A DNA stretch of 64,000 nucleotides from Trueperaceae bacterium (GTDB taxonomy: Bacteria > Deinococcota > Deinococci > Deinococcales > Trueperaceae), in contig CBDCDZ010000004.1 in the NCBI GenBank assembly GCA_965215565.1, positions 2,624,001 through 2,688,000 on the forward strand, in the 5' to 3' direction. Both the position numbers and the translations under genes were made by a program. How positions within the stretch are numbered: the stretch's first letter is position 1; every line of letters starts with the position of its first letter. The notes below the pieces were generated by a model. It worked only from the letters and a program-made list of their open reading frames with translations, did no database searches and was not told where the DNA came from. This document shows, piece after piece, positions 47,524 to 58,845 of the stretch.

Positions 47524-49368
47524 ATGCACGACTATGACGTTATTGTAGTGGGTGGTGGTCACGCTGGCATCGAAGCGGCGCACGCGGCGGCGAAGCTCGG
47601 TGCGGCGGTGGCGCTTGCTATCCCTAACCCTGACAAAATTGGACTGATGCCCTGCAACCCGGCGATTGGCGGGCCGGGCAAGTCGCAGCTTGTCTTCGAA
47701 CTTCATGCGCTCGGCGGCGTGATGGGTAAATTAGCCGATGAGACCGCGATTCACGCCCGCACGCTCAACGCGAGTAAGGGCCCAGCGGTGCAATCTTTGC
47801 GCGTGCAAAACGAACGTGACGGTTATAGGGCGGCGGCGCGGCGGCTTATTGAGGGTACGGCGGGTATTGATATCGTGCGTGGAGAGGTGGCGGCGTTACA
47901 TGTTGAGGATGGCATCCTAAGAGGTGTCTCTCTTACTGATGGACGCGAACTCAACGCGCCTAGCGTCGTGCTTTGCACGGGAACATTCCTCAAAGGCGTC
48001 GTTTGGTACGGCAAACAGCAGCGCGAAGCGGGGCGGCAGGGGGAAGCGCCTGCGCGTCACCTCTCGCACAGCCTCACTGCGACAGGTCACAACCTCTTGC
48101 GCTTCAAAACAGGTACGCCGCCGCGTATCCGTTCGGACTCGGTGGATTTCTCGGTGTTAGAAGTTGTCCCTGCTGACAACCCCGTCGCCTCTTTCACGGG
48201 CAAACCTGGTGCAAAAACGACGAGTAGCCCAACGTGGCTCACGCATACCACACCAGAGACGCATGAACTGATCAACGCGAATCTCGAGCATTCCGCCATG
48301 TACGGCGGCGTCATCGAAGGGCAAGGCCCGCGCTACTGTCCCTCGATTGAAGACAAAGTGGTGCGCTTCTCGGGCAAGGATAGACACCTCTTGTTTGTCG
48401 AGCCTGACGGCACCCAAACGAGCGAGGTGTACTTGCAGGGGTTCTCGAGTTCCATGCCTCCCTATCTGCAAGACGATATGATTCGCACGCTCCCCGGCTT
48501 CGAAAACGCGGTGATTCAGCGCTACGCTTATGCTGTCGAATACGACGCGCTCGACCCGACGCAGCTCGACATCACGCTGATGTCGAAGCGGTTGCCCGGT
48601 CTTTTCAGCGCGGGGCAGATCAATGGGACGAGCGGTTATGAAGAGGCGGCGACGCAGGGCTTTATCGCTGGCGTCAACGCGGCGCAGTTCTCGAGTAACC
48701 AGGAGCCTGTCAGCATTCGCCGTGACCAGGGCTACATCGGGGTGATGCTGGACGATTTGGTGCGCTGGGGCATCAACGAGCCGTATCGGATGCTGACCTC
48801 TCGCAATGAATACCGTCTGCTGCACCGTCAGGACAATGCTCTCGAGCGTCTCTCCCCTACTGGACACGCTTGGGGTTTAGTCAGTGACGAACAACTCGCT
48901 GAAGTTCAGATGAGTGAGGCTCGAGTCGCTCGAGAAGTTGAACGCCTCAGTAAGACTCGCCACGAAGGGACGTTAGCGAGTAAAATCATCTGCCGTCCTG
49001 GAATGACGTATCAAGAGGTTATTAAGCTAGTCGGTAAAAGTCCAGAAAATTTGAGTGCTGAAGAGCAAAAGAAAGCAGAGATTCTGGTTAAGTACGCGGC
49101 GTACATCGCGCGGAGCCAAAAAGAACTCGAGGCGCGAAAAGATTACGAGTCGCTAAGCCTGCAGTCAGTGGATTTTGGGCGGGTCTCGAGCTTGTCCAAA
49201 GAGGGTGGCGAGATGCTGAAACGCCATCGGCCCGTGACGCTCGGGGCAGCGCAACGTATTCGCGGCGTGCGGGACAGTGACGTGACTGCGTTGCTCATTC
49301 ATGCTAAAACGCATAGCAAGCCATCGTCTAAAGCTGTGAATGTTTCACGTGAAACAGCGACAGGCTGA
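47524..49368 (+). CDS. mnmG: tRNA uridine 5-carboxymethylaminomethyl modification enzyme
   Basis: [40 protein letters not shown]. Confidence 0.97.
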   Translation: MHDYDVIVVGGGHAGIEAAHAAAKLGAAVALAIPNPDKIGLMPCNPAIGGPGKSQLVFELHALGGVMGKLADETAIHARTLNASKGPAVQSLRVQNERDGYRAAARRLIEGTAGIDIVRGEVAALHVEDGILRGVSLTDGRELNAPSVVLCTGTFLKGVVWYGKQQREAGRQGEAPARHLSHSLTATGHNLLRFKTGTPPRIRSDSVDFSVLEVVPADNPVASFTGKPGAKTTSSPTWLTHTTPETHELINANLEHSAMYGGVIEGQGPRYCPSIEDKVVRFSGKDRHLLFVEPDGTQTSEVYLQGFSSSMPPYLQDDMIRTLPGFENAVIQRYAYAVEYDALDPTQLDITLMSKRLPGLFSAGQINGTSGYEEAATQGFIAGVNAAQFSSNQEPVSIRRDQGYIGVMLDDLVRWGINEPYRMLTSRNEYRLLHRQDNALERLSPTGHAWGLVSDEQLAEVQMSEARVAREVERLSKTRHEGTLASKIICRPGMTYQEVIKLVGKSPENLSAEEQKKAEILVKYAAYIARSQKELEARKDYESLSLQSVDFGRVSSLSKEGGEMLKRHRPVTLGAAQRIRGVRDSDVTALLIHAKTHSKPSSKAVNVSRETATG

Positions 49369-49981
49369 TCAGCTCGAACATTACGCCGATCTTATTCGGC
49401 GCTATCACATGACGCTCGACCTCATGTCGGGCGTTGCTGTTGGGGGGTTAGGAGATAAGGTTGCTGATAGCCTCGCTTATGCAGAGTTTGTACGGGAGCG
49501 GCTCGAGCCCCACCACCGAATCTTGGACATAGGCTCAGGTGTTGGTTTACCTGGCATCCCTTTAGCCGTTCAGTTTCCAGACAGTCCCATCACTTTGGTC
49601 GAACGGCGGCAGAAACGAGCGAGTTTTCTGAAGATTGTGGTGAGTCAACTTGGGCTCGAGAACGTCACTGTCGTCGCTGAAGACGTAACTTCATGGCAAC
49701 AGTCGCCTGTAACTTGGGTCACGGCGCAAGCGGTAGGGCGGTTGTTTAACCTTTACTGTCTGACACATCATTTGCACGCTGAAAGTGTCGTTCTGATGTC
49801 GCGCAAGGGTGATGTTTACATGGAAGAAGTCGCAGAACTACGAGAAAAGCTGGGCTTTTCCAACCCTGACCTCTCCCCTACTGTTTCACGTGAAACAATA
49901 TTGGTCACGCCACTCAGAACACATGGTACGCTAGTCGCAATCAGCCTTCCGGGAGGATTGCATTGCCGACCATCGGAGTAA
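49340..49981 (+). CDS. rsmG: 16S rRNA m7G527 methyltransferase
   Basis: [15 protein letters not shown]; lies between mnmG and parA. Confidence 0.92.
   Translation: MFHVKQRQADQLEHYADLIRRYHMTLDLMSGVAVGGLGDKVADSLAYAEFVRERLEPHHRILDIGSGVGLPGIPLAVQFPDSPITLVERRQKRASFLKIVVSQLGLENVTVVAEDVTSWQQSPVTWVTAQAVGRLFNLYCLTHHLHAESVVLMSRKGDVYMEEVAELREKLGFSNPDLSPTVSRETILVTPLRTHGTLVAISLPGGLHCRPSE
49341..49356. promoter_or_regulatory. parS site 1
   Basis: Perfect TGTTTCACGTGAAACA. Confidence 0.95.
49882..49897. promoter_or_regulatory. parS site 2
   Basis: Perfect TGTTTCACGTGAAACA inside rsmG. Confidence 0.95.
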
Positions 49982-50721
49982 TCAATCAAAAGGGCGGCGT
50001 CGGTAAGACGACAAGCGCCATCAACCTTGCTGCCGCACTTGCGGAGAAACGCCGTGTTTTACTTGTAGATTTAGACCCGCAGGGTAATGCAAGCAGCGGC
50101 GTCGGTATCCGCAGCCCTGAACGCACCATTTATGACGTTTTGATCGGTGATATGTCGGCGCGGCGCGTAATTGCGGATACCGAAATCGAAAAACTCAAAG
50201 TCATGCCCGCTTCCGCTGATCTCTCAGGCGCAGCCGTCGAACTCGACGCGACAACCGAGAATTTCAAACTCCTTACCAAAGCGCTCATCGGTGTGCGTCC
50301 AAACTTCGATTTTATCGTACTGGACGCGCCGCCTTCGATTGGCGCACTGACGCTCAACGGTCTCGTAGCGGCGGATCAGCTTATTATCCCTTTGCAGACA
50401 GAGTATTACGCTTTGGAGGGTATCGCAGGCATGATGGACACGGTGGAGCGGATGCAAGACTCCTTGAATCCGAATTTGCAGGTCTTAGGTATCCTGCTCA
50501 CCATGTTTGACAGCCGCACACGTTTATCACAAGAGGTTGAAGAGAATGTTCGTGAGCACTTCGGCGATTTGGTTTTCAAATCGGTGATTCCTCGCAACGT
50601 CCGCCTCGCCGAAGCGCCTTCCTATGGTCAACCGATTTACGCCTACGCGCCGACCTCGTCTGGCGCAACCGCTTATCGCCAACTCTCCGAGGAGGTTATC
50701 GAACGTGCCAGCCAAGCGTAG
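49963..50721 (+). CDS. parA: Chromosome partitioning ATPase
   Basis: NQKGGVGKTT, DLDPQGNAS, IPRNVRLAEAPS. Confidence 0.97.
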   Translation: MPTIGVINQKGGVGKTTSAINLAAALAEKRRVLLVDLDPQGNASSGVGIRSPERTIYDVLIGDMSARRVIADTEIEKLKVMPASADLSGAAVELDATTENFKLLTKALIGVRPNFDFIVLDAPPSIGALTLNGLVAADQLIIPLQTEYYALEGIAGMMDTVERMQDSLNPNLQVLGILLTMFDSRTRLSQEVEENVREHFGDLVFKSVIPRNVRLAEAPSYGQPIYAYAPTSSGATAYRQLSEEVIERASQA

Positions 50722-51547
50722 CAGCTTAGGCAGGGGGCTCGACGCTCTGCTGCCGAAAACCGAAAAAGACAAGGATAAAGGCGTAGACCAACTCCCAGTG
50801 GATACGCTCTCGGTCTCGAGCTACCAACCCCGCAAATACATCGACCCCGAAGCGATAGCAGAACTTGCCAGTTCAGTCGCCCAAAAAGGGATTTTGCAAC
50901 CGCTTTTAGTGCGCCCTCTGGAAAAAGGCTATGAAATCGTCGCAGGTGAACGACGTTTCCGGGCAGCGCAACAAGTCGGACTTAAAACGGTTCCCGCCAT
51001 CATCCGCGACCTTACGGATAGGGAGACGCTTGAGATTGCCATTATCGAGAACGTTCAACGCGAAAACCTCAACTCGGTGGAGGAGGCGCAGGCGTTCAAG
51101 CAACTGATGGATTTTGGCATGAATCAAGAAGAGGTTGCTAAGGCGGTGGGGAAGAGCCGTAGCGCAGTAGCGAACACCTTGCGGCTGCTCCAGTTGGGGG
51201 ACGCGGCGCTGTCAGCGCTGGAAAAACGCACCATCAGTGCGGGACACGCACGGGCGATTCTGGCACAGCCTGAAAGTGATAGGACGTGGGCGCTCGAGCG
51301 TATCCTCGATAACAATCTCTCGGTACGCGAAGCTGAGGGGTTGAAACGTCAGATGATCACCTCTTCAAGTCAGTCAAGCAAGAAAGACACATCGGATGGG
51401 CGCTACGCTCATATAGAAACAGATTTAGCGCGGCAGATCGGTACGAGAGTAAAGGTCCTGGGCGGCAATAAGGGTAAAATTGAGCTTCACTTTCACTCGC
51501 AGGATGAGTTACAGCGGTTGCTCGAGCTGCTCCACTATCAGGCTTGA
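50705..51547 (+). CDS. parB: Chromosome partitioning protein
   Basis: LGRGLDALL, GERRFRA, ENVQRENL, HTH. Confidence 0.97.
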   Translation: MPAKRSSLGRGLDALLPKTEKDKDKGVDQLPVDTLSVSSYQPRKYIDPEAIAELASSVAQKGILQPLLVRPLEKGYEIVAGERRFRAAQQVGLKTVPAIIRDLTDRETLEIAIIENVQRENLNSVEEAQAFKQLMDFGMNQEEVAKAVGKSRSAVANTLRLLQLGDAALSALEKRTISAGHARAILAQPESDRTWALERILDNNLSVREAEGLKRQMITSSSQSSKKDTSDGRYAHIETDLARQIGTRVKVLGGNKGKIELHFHSQDELQRLLELLHYQA

Positions 51548-51563
51548 TGTTTCACGTGAAACA
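51548..51563. promoter_or_regulatory. parS site 3
   Basis: Perfect TGTTTCACGTGAAACA directly after the parB stop. Confidence 0.95.
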
Positions 51564-51699
51564 CCCTCACTAACTCACCTTAGATTCAGTTTGTACTTCG
51601 CGAGCTTGTCCCCATAAGCTCGCATTTTGGTGGTGTTAGGATAAGCAAGCCAAAAGGCGAAAGTTCAATCTAAATCAAGTCATTTCAGAGGAGAAAAAC

Positions 51700-52677
51700 A
51701 TGAAACAACCTGTACGTGTTGCCGTCACTGGGGCGGCTGGGCAGATCGGTTACGCGCTGCTTTTCCGCATCGCTTCGGGCGACATGCTCGGCAAAGATCA
51801 GCCCGTTATCCTGCAACTTTTAGAGATTACGTCCGCTTTAGATGCGCTTCAAGGCGTCGTGATGGAACTTAATGATGGAGCCTTCCCACTTCTGCACGGT
51901 ACGACCACTTCAGACGACCCGAATGAGGCGTTCAAAGAGGTTGATCACGCCTTACTCGTCGGTTCTAAACCTCGCAGCAAAGGGGAAGAACGCGCTGCGC
52001 TCTTAGAAGCGAACGGGAAGATTTTTACAGGCCAGGGAAAAGCGCTCAACGACAACGCAAGCCGCAACGTCAAGGTGCTTGTTGTTGGCAACCCCGCCAA
52101 CACAAATGCGCTCATCGCCATGAAGAACGCGCCTGACTTGGACCCCAGGCAGTTCACCGCGATGACCCGTTTAGACCACAACCGCGCTTTAAGTCAACTT
52201 GCCACAAAAACCGATTCGCTGGTGAGTAACCTCAAGAAAATGATTGTGTGGGGGAACCACTCGAGCACCCAAGTCCCCGACCTCAGCCACGCTACCGTAG
52301 ACGGTAAAGCGGCAACTGAACTCGTAGACGAGTCTTGGGTACGTGATGACTTCATCCCCACTGTGCAAAAGCGCGGCGCGGCGATTATCGAAGCGAGGGG
52401 GGCGTCCAGCGCCGCCTCTGCTGCCTCCGCCGCGATTGACCACATGCGCGACTGGGCACACGGCACACCTGAGGATGATTGGGTCAGCATGTCCATCCCG
52501 AGCGACGGTTCTTACGGTGTCGAAGAGGGCATCATCTACTCGTTTCCCGTGACGGTTAAGAATGGCTCTTATGAAATTGTGCAAGGGCTGGACAACAGTG
52601 AGTTTGTGCAGGAGAAGATGAAGGCGACGGAAGAGGAATTAGTAGGGGAGAGGGATGCGGTTAAGCACTTGTTTTAG
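51700..52677 (+). CDS. mdh: Malate dehydrogenase
   Basis: [26 protein letters not shown]. Confidence 0.97.
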   Translation: MKQPVRVAVTGAAGQIGYALLFRIASGDMLGKDQPVILQLLEITSALDALQGVVMELNDGAFPLLHGTTTSDDPNEAFKEVDHALLVGSKPRSKGEERAALLEANGKIFTGQGKALNDNASRNVKVLVVGNPANTNALIAMKNAPDLDPRQFTAMTRLDHNRALSQLATKTDSLVSNLKKMIVWGNHSSTQVPDLSHATVDGKAATELVDESWVRDDFIPTVQKRGAAIIEARGASSAASAASAAIDHMRDWAHGTPEDDWVSMSIPSDGSYGVEEGIIYSFPVTVKNGSYEIVQGLDNSEFVQEKMKATEEELVGERDAVKHLF

Positions 52678-52737
52678 ATTTTTCAAGAGGCAACGAGAGC
52701 GGGTGCTAAGTCATCCGCTCTTTAACTTGAGCGGTTC

Positions 52738-53310
52738 TTAACGAGTCACAAGCGTTTTTTCTATTTCGTCAAAGATTCCAAATGGTGGTGTTCCGTAAGC
52801 TGCCCGCCACTGACCTCTTAAAGCAACTTGCGGATTTAACTTTGTTGCAGCTTCCATAATTGCTTGAGTTACCTCTTTCTGATTCCTCAAGAAAGAGGTG
52901 AAGAGCGTGGTATGCCGCCCCTGACCTTCAACCACAAGGGCAACGTTGTAGCCTCCAAAATAGTTCATGAGTACCCAAACCTCTTTGACTTGATGCCACT
53001 CTATACGCTTCTCGCTCCATGTACCTTTTCTTCGAAAGTCAGTCAAGTTTACTAAATATTGAGATGAAAATAGAGAAAGAGACAGATACAGCGCCCAAAT
53101 GAAAAAGGGAAGCATTAAAGCATGTGGTAAAACTTCAAAACTCCCCAAGTGTAAGCTCTCAAGGGTCATGTACAATCCACCTATACCCATTACAAATATG
53201 AGGGCTAATTGTAGAGATTTAAAAATACCTTTCTTCGATGTTACGGTTTTCATTACATTTTGACCTTTCCCTATTCTTATAGTGCTATCTATTCTGAGGG
53301 CTTTTGACAT
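52738..53310 (-). CDS. Hypothetical membrane protein (2 TM + PH-like domain), low GC
   Basis: Two hydrophobic segments, then KRIEWHQVKEV. Confidence 0.6.
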   Translation of the reverse strand: MSKALRIDSTIRIGKGQNVMKTVTSKKGIFKSLQLALIFVMGIGGLYMTLESLHLGSFEVLPHALMLPFFIWALYLSLSLFSSQYLVNLTDFRRKGTWSEKRIEWHQVKEVWVLMNYFGGYNVALVVEGQGRHTTLFTSFLRNQKEVTQAIMEAATKLNPQVALRGQWRAAYGTPPFGIFDEIEKTLVTR

Positions 53311-53454
53311 AACTCGAGATAATCAATTTCTCACAGAACTTCGGAGTTATTCCGATGAAGGGATTTTGTGGTATGCTCGAGCTTACGAGGTATTGCAATA
53401 CCATCAACGACGTGAAGCGGTACATATTGCAACATTGAGGAAGGCATTTCGAGT

Positions 53455-53889
53455 ATGAGCGACAAGGAGCAGATTAGAAATACCCTAAAAACTCACGGGC
53501 TACGCTACAGCAAGCCTCGAGAGGTCATCTTGAGTTTGTTCGGCGAGCGCGATATGCACATCAGCGCGGAGCAGCTTTATTTAGAACTCAAGCAGCGCGG
53601 CGAGGACCTGAGCCTTTCTACGGTCTACCTCAACTTGGGCGTGCTGCGCGGCGCGGGGTTGATTCGCGAGTTCAGCGGTGTCGGCGGGGAAGCGCTCTAC
53701 GACAGTAACGTCGGACCGCACCATCACCTTATCTGTAAGCAGTGCGGCGATATTTTAGACTTACCCGAGGTGATGATTCAAGAGGTCTCGCCCAAGCGAT
53801 TTTTGCGTGACAGCGCTGAAAAAGTGTCTGGCTGGCGGGTGGATGAGCCGTCGTTGGATTTGCAGGGGCTTTGCCCGAACTGCCAGTAG
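53455..53889 (+). CDS. Fur/PerR family regulator
   Basis: SLSTVYLNL, HHHLICKQC, CPNC. Confidence 0.93.
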   Translation: MSDKEQIRNTLKTHGLRYSKPREVILSLFGERDMHISAEQLYLELKQRGEDLSLSTVYLNLGVLRGAGLIREFSGVGGEALYDSNVGPHHHLICKQCGDILDLPEVMIQEVSPKRFLRDSAEKVSGWRVDEPSLDLQGLCPNCQ

Positions 53890-53906
53890 CACGATTACTG
53901 GCTGAA

Positions 53907-54458
53907 TCAGAAAACTACAACTGTACTGTCTTTTTTCACTGCACAAGGCCAATGCCCTTGCTCGTACCAATCGAACAAATCCAGGAAAAAGCGGTCATTC
54001 GAGAGGTCTTGAAGGATGATTTCGTCTAAGGCTCCTTCTATATCAACAAATAAAGCAGCTTTAACTGTTCCTCTAACCCCTTGAGGAATAGAGAGAGGTA
54101 CGTATTCGTTGTAGAGGTCAAAAGCTGCGTCCGACAAGGTTTGAAGACCGTGCTGTTTGATCAGGCTTCTACGAATCTCGAACTTATTGTCTATTAGCGC
54201 AATGGTTCCCTCGAGTGATACTTTAATTGCTGAATCCCAGTCCTCAACTCGATCAATTTTCCCTCTACTTTGCTCTTTTATAGGTTTACCGATGTTTGCG
54301 AAGAATTTGATGGCTTCCAAACGCTTCACGAACACTTCAACCTCATGACCGAATTTGCCCAAACGCTCTATCAATACGTCTCTCTCGGGTATTTCGCGGT
54401 TTAACTCGGCTATAGCTCGCTCTATGAGGTCTTGTGGTAGATCATCGTACTTACCCAT
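53907..54458 (-). CDS. Hypothetical protein, probable orphan immunity-type protein
   Basis: IKFFANIG...WYEQGHWPC C-terminal motif; lower GC. Confidence 0.6.
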   Translation of the reverse strand: MGKYDDLPQDLIERAIAELNREIPERDVLIERLGKFGHEVEVFVKRLEAIKFFANIGKPIKEQSRGKIDRVEDWDSAIKVSLEGTIALIDNKFEIRRSLIKQHGLQTLSDAAFDLYNEYVPLSIPQGVRGTVKAALFVDIEGALDEIILQDLSNDRFFLDLFDWYEQGHWPCAVKKDSTVVVF

Positions 54459-54688
54459 CGGTTTCCCATTGTAGACGATTCTTCTGCTTGTAGCGTCCCT
54501 ATTTTGTGAAGTTCGTTACTCGAGTCCATCCCCATCCCCAAAACCTCGTCAGAATCTAGTAACAAACGTCACGCGCTTACCTTGTACCCTCTTACGCTAA
54601 GTGCTAAAATACCACTTGAAAAGGTTGTGAAAAGCCGCACGAGGCGGCGCGTTTTGGCGTAAGCTTAGGATAACTCGAGAGGAGTTCT

Positions 54689-55036
54689 ATGTACCTTCAC
54701 CTGCTGATGATGTTTTTAGCCGCCGGTCTCATCGGCGCACTCGCGCTGATGGTTGGGGCGCTCTTAGGTCCGAAGATGTCGAGCGAGACGAAGCTCGCCG
54801 CGTATGAGTCGGGTATCCCCGCCGCCTCAACCGCCCGCGAGCGTTTCCCCGTTCACTTCTACCTCGTCGCGATGCTCTTCATCATCTTCGATATCGAGAC
54901 GGCGTTTTTCTATCCGCTAGCGGTCAAATTTCAGGCGCAACCTCAATTTTTGTTCGTCCAAGCCATTATCTTCGTGGTGATTTTGGCGATTGGGTACATC
55001 TATATATTGCGAAAAGGTGTATTGGATTGGAGATAG
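54689..55036 (+). CDS. nuoA: NADH-quinone oxidoreductase subunit A
   Basis: YESG, FIIFDIE. Confidence 0.95.
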   Translation: MYLHLLMMFLAAGLIGALALMVGALLGPKMSSETKLAAYESGIPAASTARERFPVHFYLVAMLFIIFDIETAFFYPLAVKFQAQPQFLFVQAIIFVVILAIGYIYILRKGVLDWR

Positions 55037-55042
55037 CTGTTA

Positions 55043-55123
55043 TAGCAGGTATCATTTGGTCACAGACGCTCTCACTAAAAAAGCCGCCGATTGACCCTCA
55101 CACCAATAGATGATACTTGCGTA
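55043..55123. repeat. Family A element, short copy between nuoA and nuoB
   Basis: TAGCAGGTATCATTTGGT...GATGATACTTGCG. Confidence 0.8.
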
Positions 55124-55162
55124 TTTCTTTAAGCAGCTAGTACCCGATCCTTGAAAGGACTT

Positions 55163-55699
<537 letters not shown>

Positions 55700-55790
55700 G
55701 GCAAGAAGGTAAAAGAGAAAAGGTAAAAGATAAAAGTAAATTCTTTCCTCTTTCCTCTTTCCTCTTTCCTCTCCATAGACAGAGCTGCTC

Positions 55791-56402
55791 ATGAGCTTAG
55801 TCGAGCAAGTAACAGAAACGCTCAAGAGCTTAGACGGTAAGCCCGGTGAGTTCAAAGGTATGGTCAGCGTGACGGTAGGGAAAGAGAACATTGTGGCGGC
55901 GGTTGAGTCGGCGAAAGAAGCAGGCTTCGAGATGATTTCGGATGTGATGGGGATCGACTACCTCACCTATCCGGGGCATCAGGGGAAGCGCTTTTCAGTG
56001 GCTTATAACTTATATAGCGTGTCGAAAAATGAGCGCATCTTTATCCGGGTGAACGTGGATGACGGGGAGACGCTGCCTACGATCAACCATCTTTGGAAGG
56101 GCTCGAGCTTCATGGAGCGCGAAGTCTACGATATGTTCGGCATCGAGTTCGAGGGACATCCCGACCTGCGCAAGATCATCACGCCCGAAGATTTGGACGG
56201 ACATCCCCACCGCAAAGACTTTCCGTTAGGGGAGACGCCGACCCTGTTTAACGAGGGGCGCTTTTTAGACCCCGCCTCGTTCCGCGCTGGCATGACGGGC
56301 GAAGATACAGGCATGACGGGCTGGCGCGGCGGTGTGCGTAAAGGCGTTGAAAACACGGACCAAGCTCTTCATAAGGCAACAGGGGAGACGGGAGACAAGT
56401 AG
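55791..56402 (+). CDS. nuoC: NADH-quinone oxidoreductase subunit C
   Basis: [25 protein letters not shown]. Confidence 0.95.
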   Translation: MSLVEQVTETLKSLDGKPGEFKGMVSVTVGKENIVAAVESAKEAGFEMISDVMGIDYLTYPGHQGKRFSVAYNLYSVSKNERIFIRVNVDDGETLPTINHLWKGSSFMEREVYDMFGIEFEGHPDLRKIITPEDLDGHPHRKDFPLGETPTLFNEGRFLDPASFRAGMTGEDTGMTGWRGGVRKGVENTDQALHKATGETGDK

Positions 56403-56404
56403 AT

Positions 56405-57643
56405 ATGGGCGTAATTTCAGGACAAGCCGGACACGTACCCGACGCAACCACCCAAGATACGCCGGGGAGCGAATTCGAAACCAAATACATGCGTCTCAAT
56501 GTCGGACCGCAGCACCCGAGCACGCACGGCGTCTTGCGCCTGGTTGTTGACCTAGATGGCGAGCGCATCGCCACGATTAAGCCGCAAGTCGGCTACCTCC
56601 ACTCCGGCTTCGAAAAGACGATGGAGAACCGCACCTACCAGCAGGGCGTGACCTACTCGAACCGGATGGACTACCTGCACGGCTTCGGGCACGACTTGGC
56701 GTATGTCCTCTCGGCGGAAAAGCTCGTCGGCGCAGAAGTCCCTGTCAGAGCGCAGCAGGTTCGCGTCATCCTCACCGAACTCAACCGCGTGGCGAGCCAC
56801 CTCATCTTCTTCGGGACGGGCATTCTCGACCTCGGCGCGTTGACGCTCTTTTTCTACACGATGCGCGAGCGCGAGCGGATTTTGGACCTCTTCGAGATGG
56901 TCTGCGGCGTGCGAATGAACTACGGGTACTTCCGGGTGGGCGGGCTCTCCCGCGACATCCCCGAAGGCTTCACGGACGCAGTGCGAGGCTTCCTCAAAGA
57001 CTTCCCCAAGATGCAGAAGCAGTACGCTACTCTCTTCGTAAAAAACGACATCTTCGTGAACCGCACCAAAAACGTCGGCGTGATGGACAAGGAGACGGCG
57101 CTCGACTATGGGTTGACCGGACCCTCGCTCAGAGCGAGCGGCGTACCTCTCGACTTCCGCAAGGCGCAGCCCTACAGTGGCTACGAGAACTACGAATTCA
57201 ATGTACCAACGTCCACCGAAGGCGATGCTTACCACCGCTTCATGCTCCGCTTCGAGGAGATGGGGGAGAGTCTTAAAATCGTGGGGCAAGCGCTCGACCA
57301 GTTGGAAGAGGGACCCGTCAAAGACCCCGACCGCCGCATCTCCTTGCCGCCCCGTAGTGAGCTAGAGAACAGCATGGAAGCGGTCATCTTCCACTTCAAG
57401 CTCGTGACCGAGGGCTTTCACCCGCCGCGCGGCGAGGTATACGTGCCGACCGAATCCGCACGCGGCGAACTCGGCTACTACCTCATCTCGGACGGCGGCT
57501 CGATGCCCTACCGTGTGAAGGTGCGCGTGCCGAGTTTGATTAACTTGCAGTCCCTGGAGCCTACCTGCATCGGTGGACTCTTCGCAGACATGGTTGTGAA
57601 CATCGCGTCGATGGACCCGGTGTTGGGGGATGTAGACAAGTGA
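56405..57643 (+). CDS. nuoD: NADH-quinone oxidoreductase subunit D
   Basis: [18 protein letters not shown]. Confidence 0.97.
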   Translation: MGVISGQAGHVPDATTQDTPGSEFETKYMRLNVGPQHPSTHGVLRLVVDLDGERIATIKPQVGYLHSGFEKTMENRTYQQGVTYSNRMDYLHGFGHDLAYVLSAEKLVGAEVPVRAQQVRVILTELNRVASHLIFFGTGILDLGALTLFFYTMRERERILDLFEMVCGVRMNYGYFRVGGLSRDIPEGFTDAVRGFLKDFPKMQKQYATLFVKNDIFVNRTKNVGVMDKETALDYGLTGPSLRASGVPLDFRKAQPYSGYENYEFNVPTSTEGDAYHRFMLRFEEMGESLKIVGQALDQLEEGPVKDPDRRISLPPRSELENSMEAVIFHFKLVTEGFHPPRGEVYVPTESARGELGYYLISDGGSMPYRVKVRVPSLINLQSLEPTCIGGLFADMVVNIASMDPVLGDVDK

Positions 57644-57828
57644 GAGCTGAACAGGGACGCAATACTGGTTCGAGAGTCGGTCTCGGCATAGTCATCGGCG
57701 CGGGAATTGGGGCAGCAACAGGTGTAGGACTCGGAGTCAGTGTTTGCGTAGCACTTGTTGGTGTTGGCATTGCTGCTGTGATGGGTGGCAAACGCATTGA
57801 TAGCAAACGTGATAACAAAGAGGGGTAG
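57640..57828 (+). CDS. Small glycine-zipper membrane protein inserted in the nuo operon
   Basis: GxxxG repeats; GTGA overlap with the nuoD stop. Confidence 0.55.
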   Translation: MRAEQGRNTGSRVGLGIVIGAGIGAATGVGLGVSVCVALVGVGIAAVMGGKRIDSKRDNKEG

Positions 57829-57882
57829 TTAAGAGATGAGGCTCGAGCCAAAGCAGTTTTTAAGGATTGAGTAGGGAAGAGG

Positions 57883-58194
57883 ATGAGCTTACCCTCCACA
57901 CTTGCTTTAATCCTATTCTTCTGTGCTGTGCTATTCGGTTCGCTCATTGTCATGGGCAAAATAATGTACTTTCAGCAAAAAGAAGAAGGAGAGAGAAAGT
58001 ATTCCTGGTGGGGTTTCGCAGTAAGATTCCCAATTTGGATAATCAACGCTTTTATCTTTACTGACTTCGTTGAATCTCCGCTTCTTAAAGCAATGATTCT
58101 TCTTGCCGGCATAGGTATTGCTACAGCTATAGAGGTGTTCCACATGAAGTATTTCAATGAGCAAAGTCAATCCATGAAGGAAACGCAATGGTAG
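57883..58194 (+). CDS. Small membrane protein, low GC, inserted in the nuo operon
   Basis: Three hydrophobic segments; overlaps the nuoE start. Confidence 0.6.
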   Translation: MSLPSTLALILFFCAVLFGSLIVMGKIMYFQQKEEGERKYSWWGFAVRFPIWIINAFIFTDFVESPLLKAMILLAGIGIATAIEVFHMKYFNEQSQSMKETQW

Positions 58195-58760
58195 AAACCA
58201 CGCAACCTTACTTCTCAGACAAGCAAGACACCCTCAAAGAAATCTTAGGGCGCTACCCCGAGTACGGGCAGCGCAGCGCCGTCATGCCCCTCTTGTGGGA
58301 GGTGCAGCGGGCTGAAAAACATATTAGCGAGGCAAGAGTCGAAGAAATCGCACATATCCTAGACCTCAACCCGACGGAGGTCAAAGGGGTGATGAGCTTC
58401 TACTCGACCTATCACGAGCACCCGATTGGCGAGTATCACCTGCAAATCTGCTCGACGCTTTCGTGTTCACTGGCGGGCTCAGACGAGATGTACGACTTCA
58501 TCTCCGAGGAGACCGGGCTCGTGAACGGCGAGACGAGCCGCGACGGGAAGTTCAGCATTCAAAAGGTGGAGTGCTTGGGCTCGTGCGGCACTGCGCCCGT
58601 GTTACAGGTCAACGATGTTTATTACGAGCGCGTTACGAAGTCAGGGTGTCAGAAACTGTTAGACGCCTTTAGAAACGGTGAGATGCCGGAGCCGAGCCGC
58701 GAGCGCGGTGGTGACAACGTAGGACAAGAGAAACCAGAGATTCGGAGCAATGAGCAATGA
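58188..58760 (+). CDS. nuoE: NADH-quinone oxidoreductase subunit E
   Basis: CSTLSC, ECLGSC 2Fe-2S ligands. Confidence 0.96.
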   Translation: MVETTQPYFSDKQDTLKEILGRYPEYGQRSAVMPLLWEVQRAEKHISEARVEEIAHILDLNPTEVKGVMSFYSTYHEHPIGEYHLQICSTLSCSLAGSDEMYDFISEETGLVNGETSRDGKFSIQKVECLGSCGTAPVLQVNDVYYERVTKSGCQKLLDAFRNGEMPEPSRERGGDNVGQEKPEIRSNEQ

Positions 58761-58826
58761 ACAATGAGTTGAAAGTGAAAATCAAAGACTTTTACTCATT
58801 GCTCATTGCTTTTAACTCATTGCTCT
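58745..58826. repeat. Heptamer (AGCAATG) inverted repeat cluster
   Basis: Same family as 13213-13306. Confidence 0.75.
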
Positions 58827-58845
58827 TTCGTAGAAAGGAACTTGT

